Below, piece by piece: positions 19,141 to 29,803 of a DNA stretch of 64,000 nt (the stretch's first letter is position 1; the number at the start of each line of letters is the position of its first letter). Below the pieces are notes generated by a model. It saw only the letters and a program-made list of their open reading frames with translations, did no database searches and was not told the DNA's origin. The stretch spans positions 32,001 to 96,000 of the forward strand of contig JANNBC010000054.1 of the NCBI GenBank assembly GCA_031385045.1. The letters run 5' to 3'. This DNA is from a bacterium (GTDB lineage: Bacteria > Bdellovibrionota_C > UBA2361 > CALJRW01). A program made the position numbers and the translations under genes.

Positions 19141-21024
19141 TTACGCTTTCGCAAACCAATAAACTTGATATGGAGCTAAGCTAATCACGGAATTCTTTGT
19201 TAATTCATGTTCTTGTTTAGTAATCAAATCAATCCACGAACCTTCTGTTAATTTAGTTTCGGCAAAAGAAACTTTTTGTGCTGACTGAGAAACATTGGTT
19301 AAAGCAAACAACTGATTGTCATCAGCCAAGTTACTTAACAAACAAGCAACCAAACTTTCCGAGTCTATTTCAACTGGAGAAATTTTGGCATTAGGATCAA
19401 AGGCACTACAATTAGAGCGAATTTTTAATAACTCTTTAACGCCAGCAAAAATCTTAGCCATTTCATTAGTTGGTGTATCTAACTTGGACTGTAATACTTG
19501 AAAATTAAAGACTTCTCGATTAACGGTGCGATTCTCATCTAATCCTTCAGTCGGAAGATAATTTTTAGCGCCAATTAAACCATTCCAATAAATGGCTGGT
19601 ATCCCAGGAATACATAAGCCCATCGCAGTTACTGCCAAATATTTTTTAAGACAAAGATCGAAATCTTGAGCTACGTTTGGATTATTAATTAAATCCCAAG
19701 GAGTTGCGCAAATTTCATAAATAATCTTTTTACCACCAGGTAAGATCGCAAAATTTGGTCGACCACCATGTTGCTCCACCAATAATTCAGAGAATTTTTC
19801 TAATTCTGATTCCGGCAAAATCCCCCTTGCTGGCTTTAAGCCTAATCCATCATGACTACCTAGGACCGTAGTAAATTGATGCCCTCCAAATTGCTTAATT
19901 GTGCCTAACCAACCCTGATAGTACTTGGCATTCTCAAAATGAACAGCATGGACCGCTAATGGAAAGTGAGAAAACTGGTAAGCCAAATCAGCTTCGGGAT
20001 TTTCTGGTGTTCCAATATAAGTAAAAGCTTTGTCTTGTGGTTCATTAACTTCAGAGATTGTTACTAACTCTGGTGCCACAATTTTTAAGATATAATTCCA
20101 AGCTTCTAATAACTGGTGACATTCCTTTTCATGTAAAGAAGTAGATCCTAAGCGCTTCCAAAGATATCCAATGGCATCAAGTCTCAATAACTTAGAACCA
20201 CACTCCATGTAAAAAAGTACAATTTTTAAAGCTTCTAAAAAGACTTTTGGATTTTGGTAATTTAGATCAACCTGCCTGGTATCTTCTTCACCACTTACAA
20301 GTTTAGCTCGTGAAAAAGTTGTCCAAACATATCCTTTCCCAACAACTTCCTCATTGGGCTTTACTTCGCCTAAAATTGCGGACAAGCCAGCATTCGTGGC
20401 AACTACACGATAAGCAGTTAAAACTGGAAATGCTCGAGGACGCGAAAGATTTTCTAGCTCCTTAGCCGTGGGTTGATTTGCTTCAGAGTATGTAACAACA
20501 TAATTTAAATATTCATGATACTTGGCAAAATCCGGATGATCACTTTTTAGATGCTCGGCAATTAATGCTTTTTGAACTAAGGGATTATCAATCGAAGCAT
20601 GATTAGCCACAAAATCAAACATTAGCTTTGTTTGCTCGCCAAGCTTAGCAATGTCATTCCAGTCACCATAATCTGGATCAACTTGATAATAATCTTTAAC
20701 TGAAAAACCACGATCTGTATCCCAAGGAAAGAATGGCAAAAGATGGGTAATTGGTAAGTAGTTAGGAATATTATTTTGTTTTAAAAATTTTCCAAGTGTT
20801 TGGATCGGATTTAGCTCGGCACTTTCAATTTGGTTAGCATAGCAAATTAAAGCCAAGTCTTTTTCGTTTAGATCGAGAAACGCCGAAGTAGTTTTAACAC
20901 CTTGTTTTTTTTCTTGAAAATTAGCAAAGAGTTTTTGAACATCTACAACTAATTTCTTAGAAGCTTCTGATCCATATACTGAATCAAGACAAACAGCGAC
21001 ATCATTCCAAGTAAACTCTCTCAT
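19141..21024 (-). CDS. GH13_18 sucrose-phosphorylase family; probably glucosylglycerate phosphorylase
   Basis: HLLPFFP, DFVANH, WTTF, QVDLN, RLDAIGYLWK, SEVN, SHDG, YEIC; ExN/YE rather than the EIH/YQ of sucrose phosphorylase; next to glycerate kinase. Confidence 0.75.
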   Translation of the reverse strand: MREFTWNDVAVCLDSVYGSEASKKLVVDVQKLFANFQEKKQGVKTTSAFLDLNEKDLALICYANQIESAELNPIQTLGKFLKQNNIPNYLPITHLLPFFPWDTDRGFSVKDYYQVDPDYGDWNDIAKLGEQTKLMFDFVANHASIDNPLVQKALIAEHLKSDHPDFAKYHEYLNYVVTYSEANQPTAKELENLSRPRAFPVLTAYRVVATNAGLSAILGEVKPNEEVVGKGYVWTTFSRAKLVSGEEDTRQVDLNYQNPKVFLEALKIVLFYMECGSKLLRLDAIGYLWKRLGSTSLHEKECHQLLEAWNYILKIVAPELVTISEVNEPQDKAFTYIGTPENPEADLAYQFSHFPLAVHAVHFENAKYYQGWLGTIKQFGGHQFTTVLGSHDGLGLKPARGILPESELEKFSELLVEQHGGRPNFAILPGGKKIIYEICATPWDLINNPNVAQDFDLCLKKYLAVTAMGLCIPGIPAIYWNGLIGAKNYLPTEGLDENRTVNREVFNFQVLQSKLDTPTNEMAKIFAGVKELLKIRSNCSAFDPNAKISPVEIDSESLVACLLSNLADDNQLFALTNVSQSAQKVSFAETKLTEGSWIDLITKQEHELTKNSVISLAPYQVYWFAKA

Positions 21025-21175
21025 TGGTAATTTATTATATTAAAATACGGACTATTGAACTTGATTTGCGAAGCAACTATTCAAGTAAATAAGACCGTAA
21101 TTAAATACTAAATGTCTAGAAATTTGTCTAAATTGATTTTACCTAGAATTCTTGGGAAAGTGACAGGCTCTACAA

Positions 21176-22351
21176 CTACTCTGTTAATTGATAACTCGTC
21201 ATTAAAGGCTTTAATTCACTACTAATTTGAGTGAGTCTCTTAGATGCCTGAGCTCCAAGACTATCAATCGTCTCACAAATGATCTCAGCTAAAGCTAGAG
21301 GAGCAGCAGATACTGACTGATATCGTCGGCAATTTTGCCCCTCGGCAACTCGAGCTAATTCACCATCATATTTACCTTGAGTATTGGGCAATTGAATAAA
21401 AGTGTCAGACTCACTTAATTCAGTAACAGCAGGAACATCATTCTTGGCATCCCCAGCAAAGATCAATTTGGAACTTGCTTCTCCCGCCTGACTAAGCAAA
21501 GATCTGGCTAAACGAATAGCTAGGCCTTTACCTTCTTGGCATGCCAGCGGGCAAACCGAAATTGCTTTGGAAGAACGACTGAGAAAAATATCTAATTTAG
21601 CAGCTTCCTGGTTTAACTGATCCCAATCTTGCTTAGAGATTAAATCTAAGCCACTAGGCATAAATGGCACTAGCTTTCCAGATACTTTATCTCTAATAAA
21701 AACAGGACTATTCCCTTCCCGATTGCAAGATCGTAAAGCCTCAGCTTCGTTTTTAAATCCTAGATAAGTAATAACATTTCTTAAGAGATCACTATCTTTA
21801 GCGGCCTCAGAAATCGCTCTTAGCTCCCAATTTGAAGAGAATTGTTCACTCCCAATTGCTTGATTAAGTATTTTTTGAAAGTGTGAACTATCACTTAAAA
21901 AATCTCGTGTCTTAGTAACAAGATCATCTAAAGTTACACCAAGTAAATATTTAACTGTGTCTGACTTCTGATCTAGAACCTTAATAACATCTACTGGTAA
22001 AATTGCTTCTAGCATTGTTGCTAGCTGGGAGTTATTATTAGCAATACTAATCACACAGCAATTCTCTGTTGCTGTAATCACAGGAACACTCAAATGCACC
22101 GCAGAAACTTCTGTCGCAGTTTTATTAGTAGCAATAATTGGGATGACCGGTGAGAGTAGACTAGCCGCCTCTACCACTAGTTGCATGATTGGTTGATAGA
22201 TTTCAGATCTACTTAACTCATGAGGAATTAATGTTCCATCAATGTCAAAGGTGAAAGCCGGCTGAGCAAGTAGCTCTTGAGTTAGGGCTAGTATATTTAA
22301 TCTTTTTGTAGCTACTGGATCCATTACACAACAAAACAATAAATCAAACAA
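21176..22351 (-). CDS. HAD IIB phosphatase, MpgP/GpgP-like (glycosyl-3-phosphoglycerate phosphatase)
   Basis: FDIDGTL, ATNKT..EV, ENCC, K.G, GDAKND; start uncertain (ATG near 22324 plausible). Confidence 0.7.
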   Translation of the reverse strand: MFDLLFCCVMDPVATKRLNILALTQELLAQPAFTFDIDGTLIPHELSRSEIYQPIMQLVVEAASLLSPVIPIIATNKTATEVSAVHLSVPVITATENCCVISIANNNSQLATMLEAILPVDVIKVLDQKSDTVKYLLGVTLDDLVTKTRDFLSDSSHFQKILNQAIGSEQFSSNWELRAISEAAKDSDLLRNVITYLGFKNEAEALRSCNREGNSPVFIRDKVSGKLVPFMPSGLDLISKQDWDQLNQEAAKLDIFLSRSSKAISVCPLACQEGKGLAIRLARSLLSQAGEASSKLIFAGDAKNDVPAVTELSESDTFIQLPNTQGKYDGELARVAEGQNCRRYQSVSAAPLALAEIICETIDSLGAQASKRLTQISSELKPLMTSYQLTE

Positions 22352-22377
22352 TCACTGACTTCGCCCCTAAGACCAAT

Positions 22378-24009
22378 TTAATTTTTGGAATTAACAAATG
22401 GTAATAACTCATCTGGAGTAATCCCTTGTTTGCTTCGATCAAGGATATCATTTACTTCACCAAACAAATCATCTGGATGCATTCCACGGTTAAGTAAATC
22501 ATTCAGAGTTAATCTGCTAGCATTTGAGATTGCTCCATTTCGCTTATCACTTGTAATTGCCTGATGTTCCGTAACAATTATAGAAGAGCAAAACTCTAAT
22601 AACTCCTGAAGCGCCTGCATGTTAGGTTTTTGTAAGCCAAGCTCTTTCGCCATATCGTATTTGCGAGAAATCATTAAACCACCTAAAGCCTCAGTAATAT
22701 TTTTAATATGATTAATCTCGCGATCAGAAATCCGAATATCCATTTCTACAATTACTGCCTTGAAAAAGCCTCTGAAGATCTCTCGAGCCATATCTTCTAA
22801 AGTATTTCCGGAAGTCTTCCCTTGCTCTTCTAACTCTTGCACGTTAGCAGGTTGGTTGTGATGGGCATAAGTACCAATTAGAACATTAGCAATCTGGGAG
22901 ATCTCAGCCTTACCATTTTGAACCAAAGAGGCCATGTGTAAGTTCTTGCTAGTCTCATCAAAGTACCCACCACCAATTGGCACATCTTTTAAGATATCCA
23001 TACGAAACTGACGCTCACCAGACAGTTGATAGGTAACTTCTTTTAAAACTTTGGATACAACGCCTAGCTTATCACCAAGAACATAATCAACTGCTTCAAT
23101 AAAAGGAGTCATAACTGCGTTAAGTCTTCCAGTTTCTACTCCAGCAGAATTAATTCGAAAAAAAGAAGCAATTGAAGCAACACAATCATGCAAAGCCGTA
23201 TGCATAAAGCCAGCAAGATAAGCAGAAGCTGGAAGCTTTAAATCTGTATCCATGGAAGAATAGAATCCATTATGATCAGATACACCATCGCGGAATTGTC
23301 TAGCTAAGACTGCAAGCGAGGCAACATACATTGCCGTTCCTTTTCCAGAGTGCTTTAACTCAGGAAGGTTCAATCTATCCCAAAGCTGATGAAAGCCGAT
23401 ATGGTTTGGATAAACAAACTCCAAATTGCCAATATGCCCTTTATCTAAATCGGGAGTGGTATATGCAGAAAGTCTTTCTCTCTCCAAAGCCAGCGCACTC
23501 GCATCACGAGTATATTTAAAATCATCTCCTGGATAATTTGGAGTAGCGAAGATTCGCAGATATAGACCGTTGTGACCTGGTATAGAAAGATTGGTATAGG
23601 CATTATTTAGCTGTGTTGCTGCCTCAGCAACCTTAACTCCAATTGATGTTAAAGGAGAATGCTCCCCTAGGGCATCCCTAGGCATTGTTGGACAACAAAT
23701 ACTTAAAGATAGTGGACGTTGCTCTACTGCAATTCGCTCCTGAAGTAATTTTTGGAAACCATGATCAAGCCTTAAATGTGCAAGACTATCAGAAAACTCC
23801 AGCTGCTGAGGTGTTAATTTTCCCTGCATCTTAGCAGTAGATAAAATATTTAAAATTTCATCAGTGGAAGGAGGAAGACCTTGGCCTAACGTAACATCTG
23901 GAAGCTTAGCTACGTGTCGAATAAACTCTACAGGCTTGGGCCCGAAGTTTTGAATTTTTTGTGACATTATAGGAATTCTAGTTAAATCAAGTTTAGCGTC
24001 ATTCAACAT
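22378..24009 (-). CDS. Divergent GT-A glycosyltransferase, glucosyl-3-phosphoglycerate synthase-like, paralogue 1
   Basis: GKGTAM, DTD (DxD), GRLN, YQLSGE, AHHNQ correspond to GpgS-family GKG/DxD/GR/LxGE/H motifs; gene context. Confidence 0.6.
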   Translation of the reverse strand: MLNDAKLDLTRIPIMSQKIQNFGPKPVEFIRHVAKLPDVTLGQGLPPSTDEILNILSTAKMQGKLTPQQLEFSDSLAHLRLDHGFQKLLQERIAVEQRPLSLSICCPTMPRDALGEHSPLTSIGVKVAEAATQLNNAYTNLSIPGHNGLYLRIFATPNYPGDDFKYTRDASALALERERLSAYTTPDLDKGHIGNLEFVYPNHIGFHQLWDRLNLPELKHSGKGTAMYVASLAVLARQFRDGVSDHNGFYSSMDTDLKLPASAYLAGFMHTALHDCVASIASFFRINSAGVETGRLNAVMTPFIEAVDYVLGDKLGVVSKVLKEVTYQLSGERQFRMDILKDVPIGGGYFDETSKNLHMASLVQNGKAEISQIANVLIGTYAHHNQPANVQELEEQGKTSGNTLEDMAREIFRGFFKAVIVEMDIRISDREINHIKNITEALGGLMISRKYDMAKELGLQKPNMQALQELLEFCSSIIVTEHQAITSDKRNGAISNASRLTLNDLLNRGMHPDDLFGEVNDILDRSKQGITPDELLPFVNSKN

Positions 24010-24264
24010 ATAGGTCTTATGAAATCAAAGCAATATTTAGAGCTTAAAGTAACAGTATGGTTATGACTACTAGGAGAATTATCGTGATTAAATAATCAAC
24101 AATTTTGGGCCAAACGTTAAGATATTTGAAATGTGTCGATTAAGGCTTATTCTAATAAAAATAATCTTTAATTTATCTAATTTAATATTAAAAATACTAT
24201 AAATTATTGTAATTTCTGAGTGAAATTAGCAGAAATTCAAGCAAGATAACTAGGCTATCTTTGT

Positions 24265-25881
24265 CTATTCAAAACGCCTTAAATCACTTGGCTTAATTCC
24301 ATCAGAGCTATCTTTTAAAATAGTATTAACTTCTCCAAAAAGCTGTCGACTACCAGCTCTTAATAAAACATCTTGCAATGTAAGGCGCGGAGAATCCGTA
24401 ATTTGACCAGCAGCATAAGCCGTATTTACATTGTTAAATTCAGTAATAATCGCTCCACAGAAATGAGTCAGTAAAGACTTCAAAGCTTTTTCATTAGGGG
24501 AATTTAAACCAACATCTTGAGCCAACTCACTTTTTTGCCCAATCATCATTGCGCCATACTTGTAAGTTAAATCAGAAACTTGGGCGATCTCTTCCGGATA
24601 AATTCTAAATTTCATTTCCGCAACAATAGCCCTAAAAAATCCTTGAAGAATTTCGGAAGCCATATGCTCCAATGTCCTTCCAGAAGAAGCATTGTTTTGA
24701 GCAACCAGCTCATCGCGATTTGCAGGCTGGTTATGATGCGCATAGGTACCAATTTGCACATTAGCAATATCACTTTCCCTTAATGGATAATTTGGATCGA
24801 TAACCTTACTTGCTAAATCCAGATTGATACTAGTTTCATAAAAATATCCTCCACCAATTGGAATATCTTTTAAAAGATCTGTGCGGAACTGTCGTTCACC
24901 GGATAACTGATAATTAATTTGTCTAATAACGCCCATCACCTCCCGAAGACCTGGTCTATGCTTTGTATTCTGACCAAGGACACGCTCAAATGCTTCCATA
25001 AAAGGTGTCATGATTGCATTTAATCTACCAGTCTCAACGCCCTGCGCATTAATTCGAAAGAAGGAGGCAATTGAAGCCACAGAATCATGCAGGGCAGAAT
25101 TCATAAATCCTGCTAAGTAAGCAGACGATGGAACTTTTAAATCAGTATCCATCGCAAAATAAAAACCATTTCGATCAGGTATTTGCGCTTCAAATTGACG
25201 CGCTAAAACTGCTAGAGAAGCCACAAACATTGCCGTTCCCTTCCCAGATTTCTTTAACTCAGGAAGCTCCAACTTGTCCCACAAATTAAAAAACCCAACA
25301 TGATTTGGATAAACAAACTCTAATTTTCCAATTTGATTTCCTCGCAGATCAGGATGTGTGTAAGCAGATAAACGAGTCCTTTCTAAATCTAAAGACCTTT
25401 GATCCGTAGCATAAACATCAAAATCTTTTCCTGGATAATTTGGTGTAGCAAAAATACTCATCAATACGGCAACTCGTTTTTCCGCATCAGGAACATTTGG
25501 GAAATTTGGAATCTGATGATACTCATCAAACAATTTTTTTGCTGCGTAAGCTACTTTTCCACCTATAGCTGGCAAAGTAGTATTCTCACCTAGACTATCT
25601 CTAGGCATCGTAGGACAGCAAACATTCACTGCCCAAGATCTACCATTTAAAATTCTTTGAGTGAGTGAATGACGAAAATCTGAACCAAAAGTTAAATGAG
25701 AAAGATCGGTGTAAAGTGATCTTTGCTCATTAGTTAAGGAACCTTCTTGAGACTTTTTTTCTAGGGTTTGTAAGATCTCATCAGTAGATGGAGGTAGGCC
25801 GTTAGCTAAGTGTCCCTTGGGGTATAAAGTAGCAACTGTACGGATGAATTGTTCCGGACTAACACCAAAGGTATTCAACAT
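24265..25881 (-). CDS. Divergent GT-A glycosyltransferase, GpgS-like, paralogue 2
   Basis: Clear paralogue of 22378-24009 (shared CCPTMPRD, IFATPNYPG, GKGTAM, MDTDLK, ETGRLNA, YQLSGERQFR, GTYAHHNQPAN); ATG at 25881 likely start. Confidence 0.6.
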   Translation of the reverse strand: MLNTFGVSPEQFIRTVATLYPKGHLANGLPPSTDEILQTLEKKSQEGSLTNEQRSLYTDLSHLTFGSDFRHSLTQRILNGRSWAVNVCCPTMPRDSLGENTTLPAIGGKVAYAAKKLFDEYHQIPNFPNVPDAEKRVAVLMSIFATPNYPGKDFDVYATDQRSLDLERTRLSAYTHPDLRGNQIGKLEFVYPNHVGFFNLWDKLELPELKKSGKGTAMFVASLAVLARQFEAQIPDRNGFYFAMDTDLKVPSSAYLAGFMNSALHDSVASIASFFRINAQGVETGRLNAIMTPFMEAFERVLGQNTKHRPGLREVMGVIRQINYQLSGERQFRTDLLKDIPIGGGYFYETSINLDLASKVIDPNYPLRESDIANVQIGTYAHHNQPANRDELVAQNNASSGRTLEHMASEILQGFFRAIVAEMKFRIYPEEIAQVSDLTYKYGAMMIGQKSELAQDVGLNSPNEKALKSLLTHFCGAIITEFNNVNTAYAAGQITDSPRLTLQDVLLRAGSRQLFGEVNTILKDSSDGIKPSDLRRFE

Positions 25882-26220
25882 AGATAACCTGATATTAAAA
25901 AAGCACCGAACACCAGTTGATAACACAGCAAAGAAAGGTAAGCAAAGGCTAAAATGAACTAGTCTTTTTTATAATGTTTTCTCTCCCAGTTTTTTAATGG
26001 GATCACACTATGAGCTAACTAACAAAAAGTTAACTTACAGCTTGCTGATATTAGTCTTAATCCACTCATAACTGTACTAATTTCTATTGGATTTTCTATA
26101 ACTACTATGAGAAATGTACCCTCGGTAAAGCACATTACTGACAAGATTGACTAAGAACTGATACCAAATATATTAAGAAAAAGTGCTAATCCACTAAACT
26201 GTCTACAAGAAATTCGATCT

Positions 26221-27447
26221 ATGATAAATCAAGATGTAAAAAGTATGGCCGCTCTTCACTGGGCACAATTTCCTTTTGTAGGTGGAGTAGAGCGTCACCT
26301 AGAAACTATTCTTCCGCAAATTGCCAAAGCTGGTGTAAATATTTCTGCTCTTTCCGGACGTTATCCTGGTGAGCCATTAAGCGCAATTACTCAGGGTGTT
26401 AATCAACAGAGATCCGAATTATTACTACTACAACATATCAAAGAAAATCGAGATCAAATTCAGCCGGAGCAATTAGTTGCAATGTATCGCCAGTTTATTG
26501 ATACGACTAAACCAGAAGTCCTTTTTGCTCATAACCAACATTTTGGCTATCCAGAATATGCTGGCGCACTGTTAGATCTGACTAAAGAAAAAGGTATTCC
26601 GGCGGCAATTGTTTTGCACAATGATATCTTTGTAGGCAGAGATTATAGCGAGACAAAATCAATTGTTGCCATGCCCTGGGATCGAGTTGTCTCAATTAGT
26701 TTATACTTAACAGCAGTGACTATCCAAGAGCATCCTAACTTTTTAGGAAATCATATTGAAACCATCCCTCACGGAATTGATACTGACATGTTTCGTCCAT
26801 TAACTGCCGATGAAAGAAAAGCAGAAAGAGCTAAGCACGGCTGGGGAGACCGACCAATTGTGATTAATCATTCTAAAATGATTGAGAAAAAAGGAACATT
26901 AGAGACTGTCCTAGCAATTGCTCAAGTAAAAGAAAATCATCCAGAAGTTTTATTACTACTTTGTGGTGGCACTCCAGCAATAGCGGACTCCGGACAAGCT
27001 CAACAATATTGGGCAGAAATCCAATCAGCAATTCGCGAACATGGATTAGAAAAGAATATTTTAATCCAAAAATATCACCCCGATGAAATCCCAACAATTG
27101 TGGGACTTTGTGATGTAGCAATCCAATCGAGCATTAAACATGAAGAGCCCTTTGGCCTTTGTCCTGTAGAAGCAATGGCTTGCGCAGTTCCAGTTATTGC
27201 CACAAGAAGTGGTGGAATCCCCGAGTCGATTGTTGACCAACAAACTGGTTTCATTATCGAGAAAGAGCCTTTAGCTGATGTACCTCAAGCTATCGCTAGT
27301 CGGCTTGATCTTCTATTATCTAATGGCAATCTTAGAAATATGATGGGACAAGCTGGCCGAGCTCGGGTCATGGCAGATTTTACAAAAAAAATAATGGCTG
27401 ATAGATTTATTGAGTCTGCTAACGGCTTATTAAATGACGCAAGATAA
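26221..27447 (+). CDS. GT4 family retaining glycosyltransferase
   Basis: GGVERH, HGIDT..F.P, KKG, EPFGL..VEAMAC, GGIPE. Confidence 0.9.
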   Translation: MINQDVKSMAALHWAQFPFVGGVERHLETILPQIAKAGVNISALSGRYPGEPLSAITQGVNQQRSELLLLQHIKENRDQIQPEQLVAMYRQFIDTTKPEVLFAHNQHFGYPEYAGALLDLTKEKGIPAAIVLHNDIFVGRDYSETKSIVAMPWDRVVSISLYLTAVTIQEHPNFLGNHIETIPHGIDTDMFRPLTADERKAERAKHGWGDRPIVINHSKMIEKKGTLETVLAIAQVKENHPEVLLLLCGGTPAIADSGQAQQYWAEIQSAIREHGLEKNILIQKYHPDEIPTIVGLCDVAIQSSIKHEEPFGLCPVEAMACAVPVIATRSGGIPESIVDQQTGFIIEKEPLADVPQAIASRLDLLLSNGNLRNMMGQAGRARVMADFTKKIMADRFIESANGLLNDAR

Positions 27448-29800
27448 GATTGATAAAAACACTTTAGAAAATTATTTAAACCCTACAGAATGGAGGATTT
27501 CCGAGAAATCTTTTGATGTAGCTAAGATTAATTTTTACGAAACATTATTCACAATTGGCAATGGGTTTCTAGGAACTAGAGGAAGCCTAGAAGAAGGTCA
27601 CTCTGGTGCTCTTCCCGGGACATTCATCAATGGTATCTATGATCACTTCGATTCTTTTGTTGTTGAATTAGTTAATGCGCCTTCTTGGTTTGACCTAGCA
27701 ATTCTTGTCGATGGCCATCAACTAGATCTTGAGTCCTGCCAAATATTAGATTTTGAAAGATCACTTGATCTAAAAGCTGGCTTATTATTTCGTCGCACAC
27801 GTTTTCAAGATCAATCTGGAAAAATCACCCTACTAGAATCTCTCCGTTATGCCAGCATGGCAAATAGACATCTAATGGAGACTAAAGTTCGTCTAGTACC
27901 AGAGAACTATAGTGGTGAGATTGAAGTTATTAGTAAAACTTCCGCTAATTTTGAAAACCTTGGATTAAAAGATGCCTCCAAGCGAGAAATTCCGGTAATC
28001 CCAGCAACAAAATGGAAAAAATGGAATAAAAGTATTCACTTTGCTCCAACCGCAACAAAATTATCAGCCGATGGAATTGGATTCGAGTTTAAAACTCTAG
28101 AGCGACCATATAAATTTGCCTACGCATCTAAATTACAAATCTCTAAGGACTCGGCGATCAAGCAATATAGCCAGAGTCAAGAAATTTCTGAAGTTGCTAA
28201 ATGCACCTGCCAACAAGGTGAAGCATTAGTCATTGAAAAACTAACAGCAATTTTCACCAATCGTGAAACAAAAGAAACTTCCCTAATCGACGTAGCATTA
28301 GCCGCAATTAAAAATGCTAAAATAAATACATTCGAGGAAAGATTAAAGGCTCATCAAAAAGCTTGGGATCAAATTTGGGATTCTTCTGACTGTCTGATTG
28401 AGGGCAATGTTCAAGATCAAAATGCTCTCCGCTTTAATCTTTATCAGATGTTAATAGCAGCAAACCCAGAAGATCCAACAGTGAACATTCCCGCAAAAAG
28501 TCTATCGGGAGAGGGTTATAAAGGGCATATTTTTTGGGACACCGAAATATTTGCTCTGCCATTTTTCATCTACACCCAACCGGAATCAGCCAAGGCGTTA
28601 CTTCGCTATCGCTACAACACATTACCAGCTGCCAAAGCTTATGCTCAGGAATCTGGATGCCTAGGTGCAAGATATGCTTGGGAGTCAGCGGACACTGGAG
28701 AAGAAACTGCTCCGAAATGGTCCTCAGATGGACAACAAAGATTTTGGACAGGTGAAAAAGAAATCCATATTACAGCTGCTGTGGCCTTTGGCTTAGTTCA
28801 TTACTACCAAGTAACTGGAGACAATGATTTTTTAAATAATTATGGATTAGAAATCCTTCTTGAGACTGCCAGATTTTGGAATACTCGATTGGAACTTAAT
28901 GCTGAAAAAGATCACTATGAAATTAATGATATTATCGGACCGGACGAATTTCATGATGAAGTAAATAATAATGCTTATACGAATTACTTAGCTCGTTGGA
29001 ATCTACAACAAGCAATTAAGTTTTATCAGCAGCTAAAAAATAACGCCCCAGAGAAACTGGCGACAGTAGTTGCAAAGATCAATTTCAAAGAGACAGAGCT
29101 AGAAGATTTTAATCATAAAATTAATAAAATCTTTATTCCCTTTGATTCTAAAACAAATTTGATTGAACAGTTTGATGGCTACTTCAATCTAACAGAAGTC
29201 CCAATCGTAGAATTCGATCACAATAATATGCCAGTATACCCTAAAGGGTATGGTCGCTATACCTGTGGCACAACCACTTTAGTGAGACAGGCTGATGTGA
29301 TCATGCTGAACTACTTGTTACCAGAGTGCTTCTCCCCAGAAATCATTAAAACTAACTATGACTTCTATGATGAGCGCACAATGCACATCTCATCACTGAG
29401 CCCAAGTATTCACGCAGCACTAGGTGCTAGACTCGGAAGAGACGAACAAGCCTATAACAATTATACTCGTACAGTTTATCAAGACTTGCATGATAACATG
29501 GGTAATACAGATTTAGGAGTTCACTTAGCTTCTTGTGGCGGAACTTGGCAAGCAACAGTGAATGGTTTTGCTGGAATGGAATTCGTTGCTGGGAATTTAA
29601 AATTTAATCCAAACTTACCAAAATCTTGGACTTCCTTAAAATTCAATCTAAAAGTTCGCAATGGTAAAATTTCGGCAAAGTTTACTAACAAAACTGCTGA
29701 GTTTGAATACCAATCAGAAGAGAATCAACCAATTGAAATTACAATTGGCAATCAAAAGCTGACGATTACACCAAACACTACAAAATCAATTCAACTTTAA
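27434..29800 (+). CDS. GH65 alpha-glucoside phosphorylase (kojibiose/trehalose/maltose/glucosylglycerol phosphorylase family)
   Basis: ETLFTIGNG.LG.RG, KSLSGEGYKGHIFWDTE, GPDEFH, RQADV, SSLS. Confidence 0.92.
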   Translation: MTQDKIDKNTLENYLNPTEWRISEKSFDVAKINFYETLFTIGNGFLGTRGSLEEGHSGALPGTFINGIYDHFDSFVVELVNAPSWFDLAILVDGHQLDLESCQILDFERSLDLKAGLLFRRTRFQDQSGKITLLESLRYASMANRHLMETKVRLVPENYSGEIEVISKTSANFENLGLKDASKREIPVIPATKWKKWNKSIHFAPTATKLSADGIGFEFKTLERPYKFAYASKLQISKDSAIKQYSQSQEISEVAKCTCQQGEALVIEKLTAIFTNRETKETSLIDVALAAIKNAKINTFEERLKAHQKAWDQIWDSSDCLIEGNVQDQNALRFNLYQMLIAANPEDPTVNIPAKSLSGEGYKGHIFWDTEIFALPFFIYTQPESAKALLRYRYNTLPAAKAYAQESGCLGARYAWESADTGEETAPKWSSDGQQRFWTGEKEIHITAAVAFGLVHYYQVTGDNDFLNNYGLEILLETARFWNTRLELNAEKDHYEINDIIGPDEFHDEVNNNAYTNYLARWNLQQAIKFYQQLKNNAPEKLATVVAKINFKETELEDFNHKINKIFIPFDSKTNLIEQFDGYFNLTEVPIVEFDHNNMPVYPKGYGRYTCGTTTLVRQADVIMLNYLLPECFSPEIIKTNYDFYDERTMHISSLSPSIHAALGARLGRDEQAYNNYTRTVYQDLHDNMGNTDLGVHLASCGGTWQATVNGFAGMEFVAGNLKFNPNLPKSWTSLKFNLKVRNGKISAKFTNKTAEFEYQSEENQPIEITIGNQKLTITPNTTKSIQL

Positions 29801-29803
29801 TAA

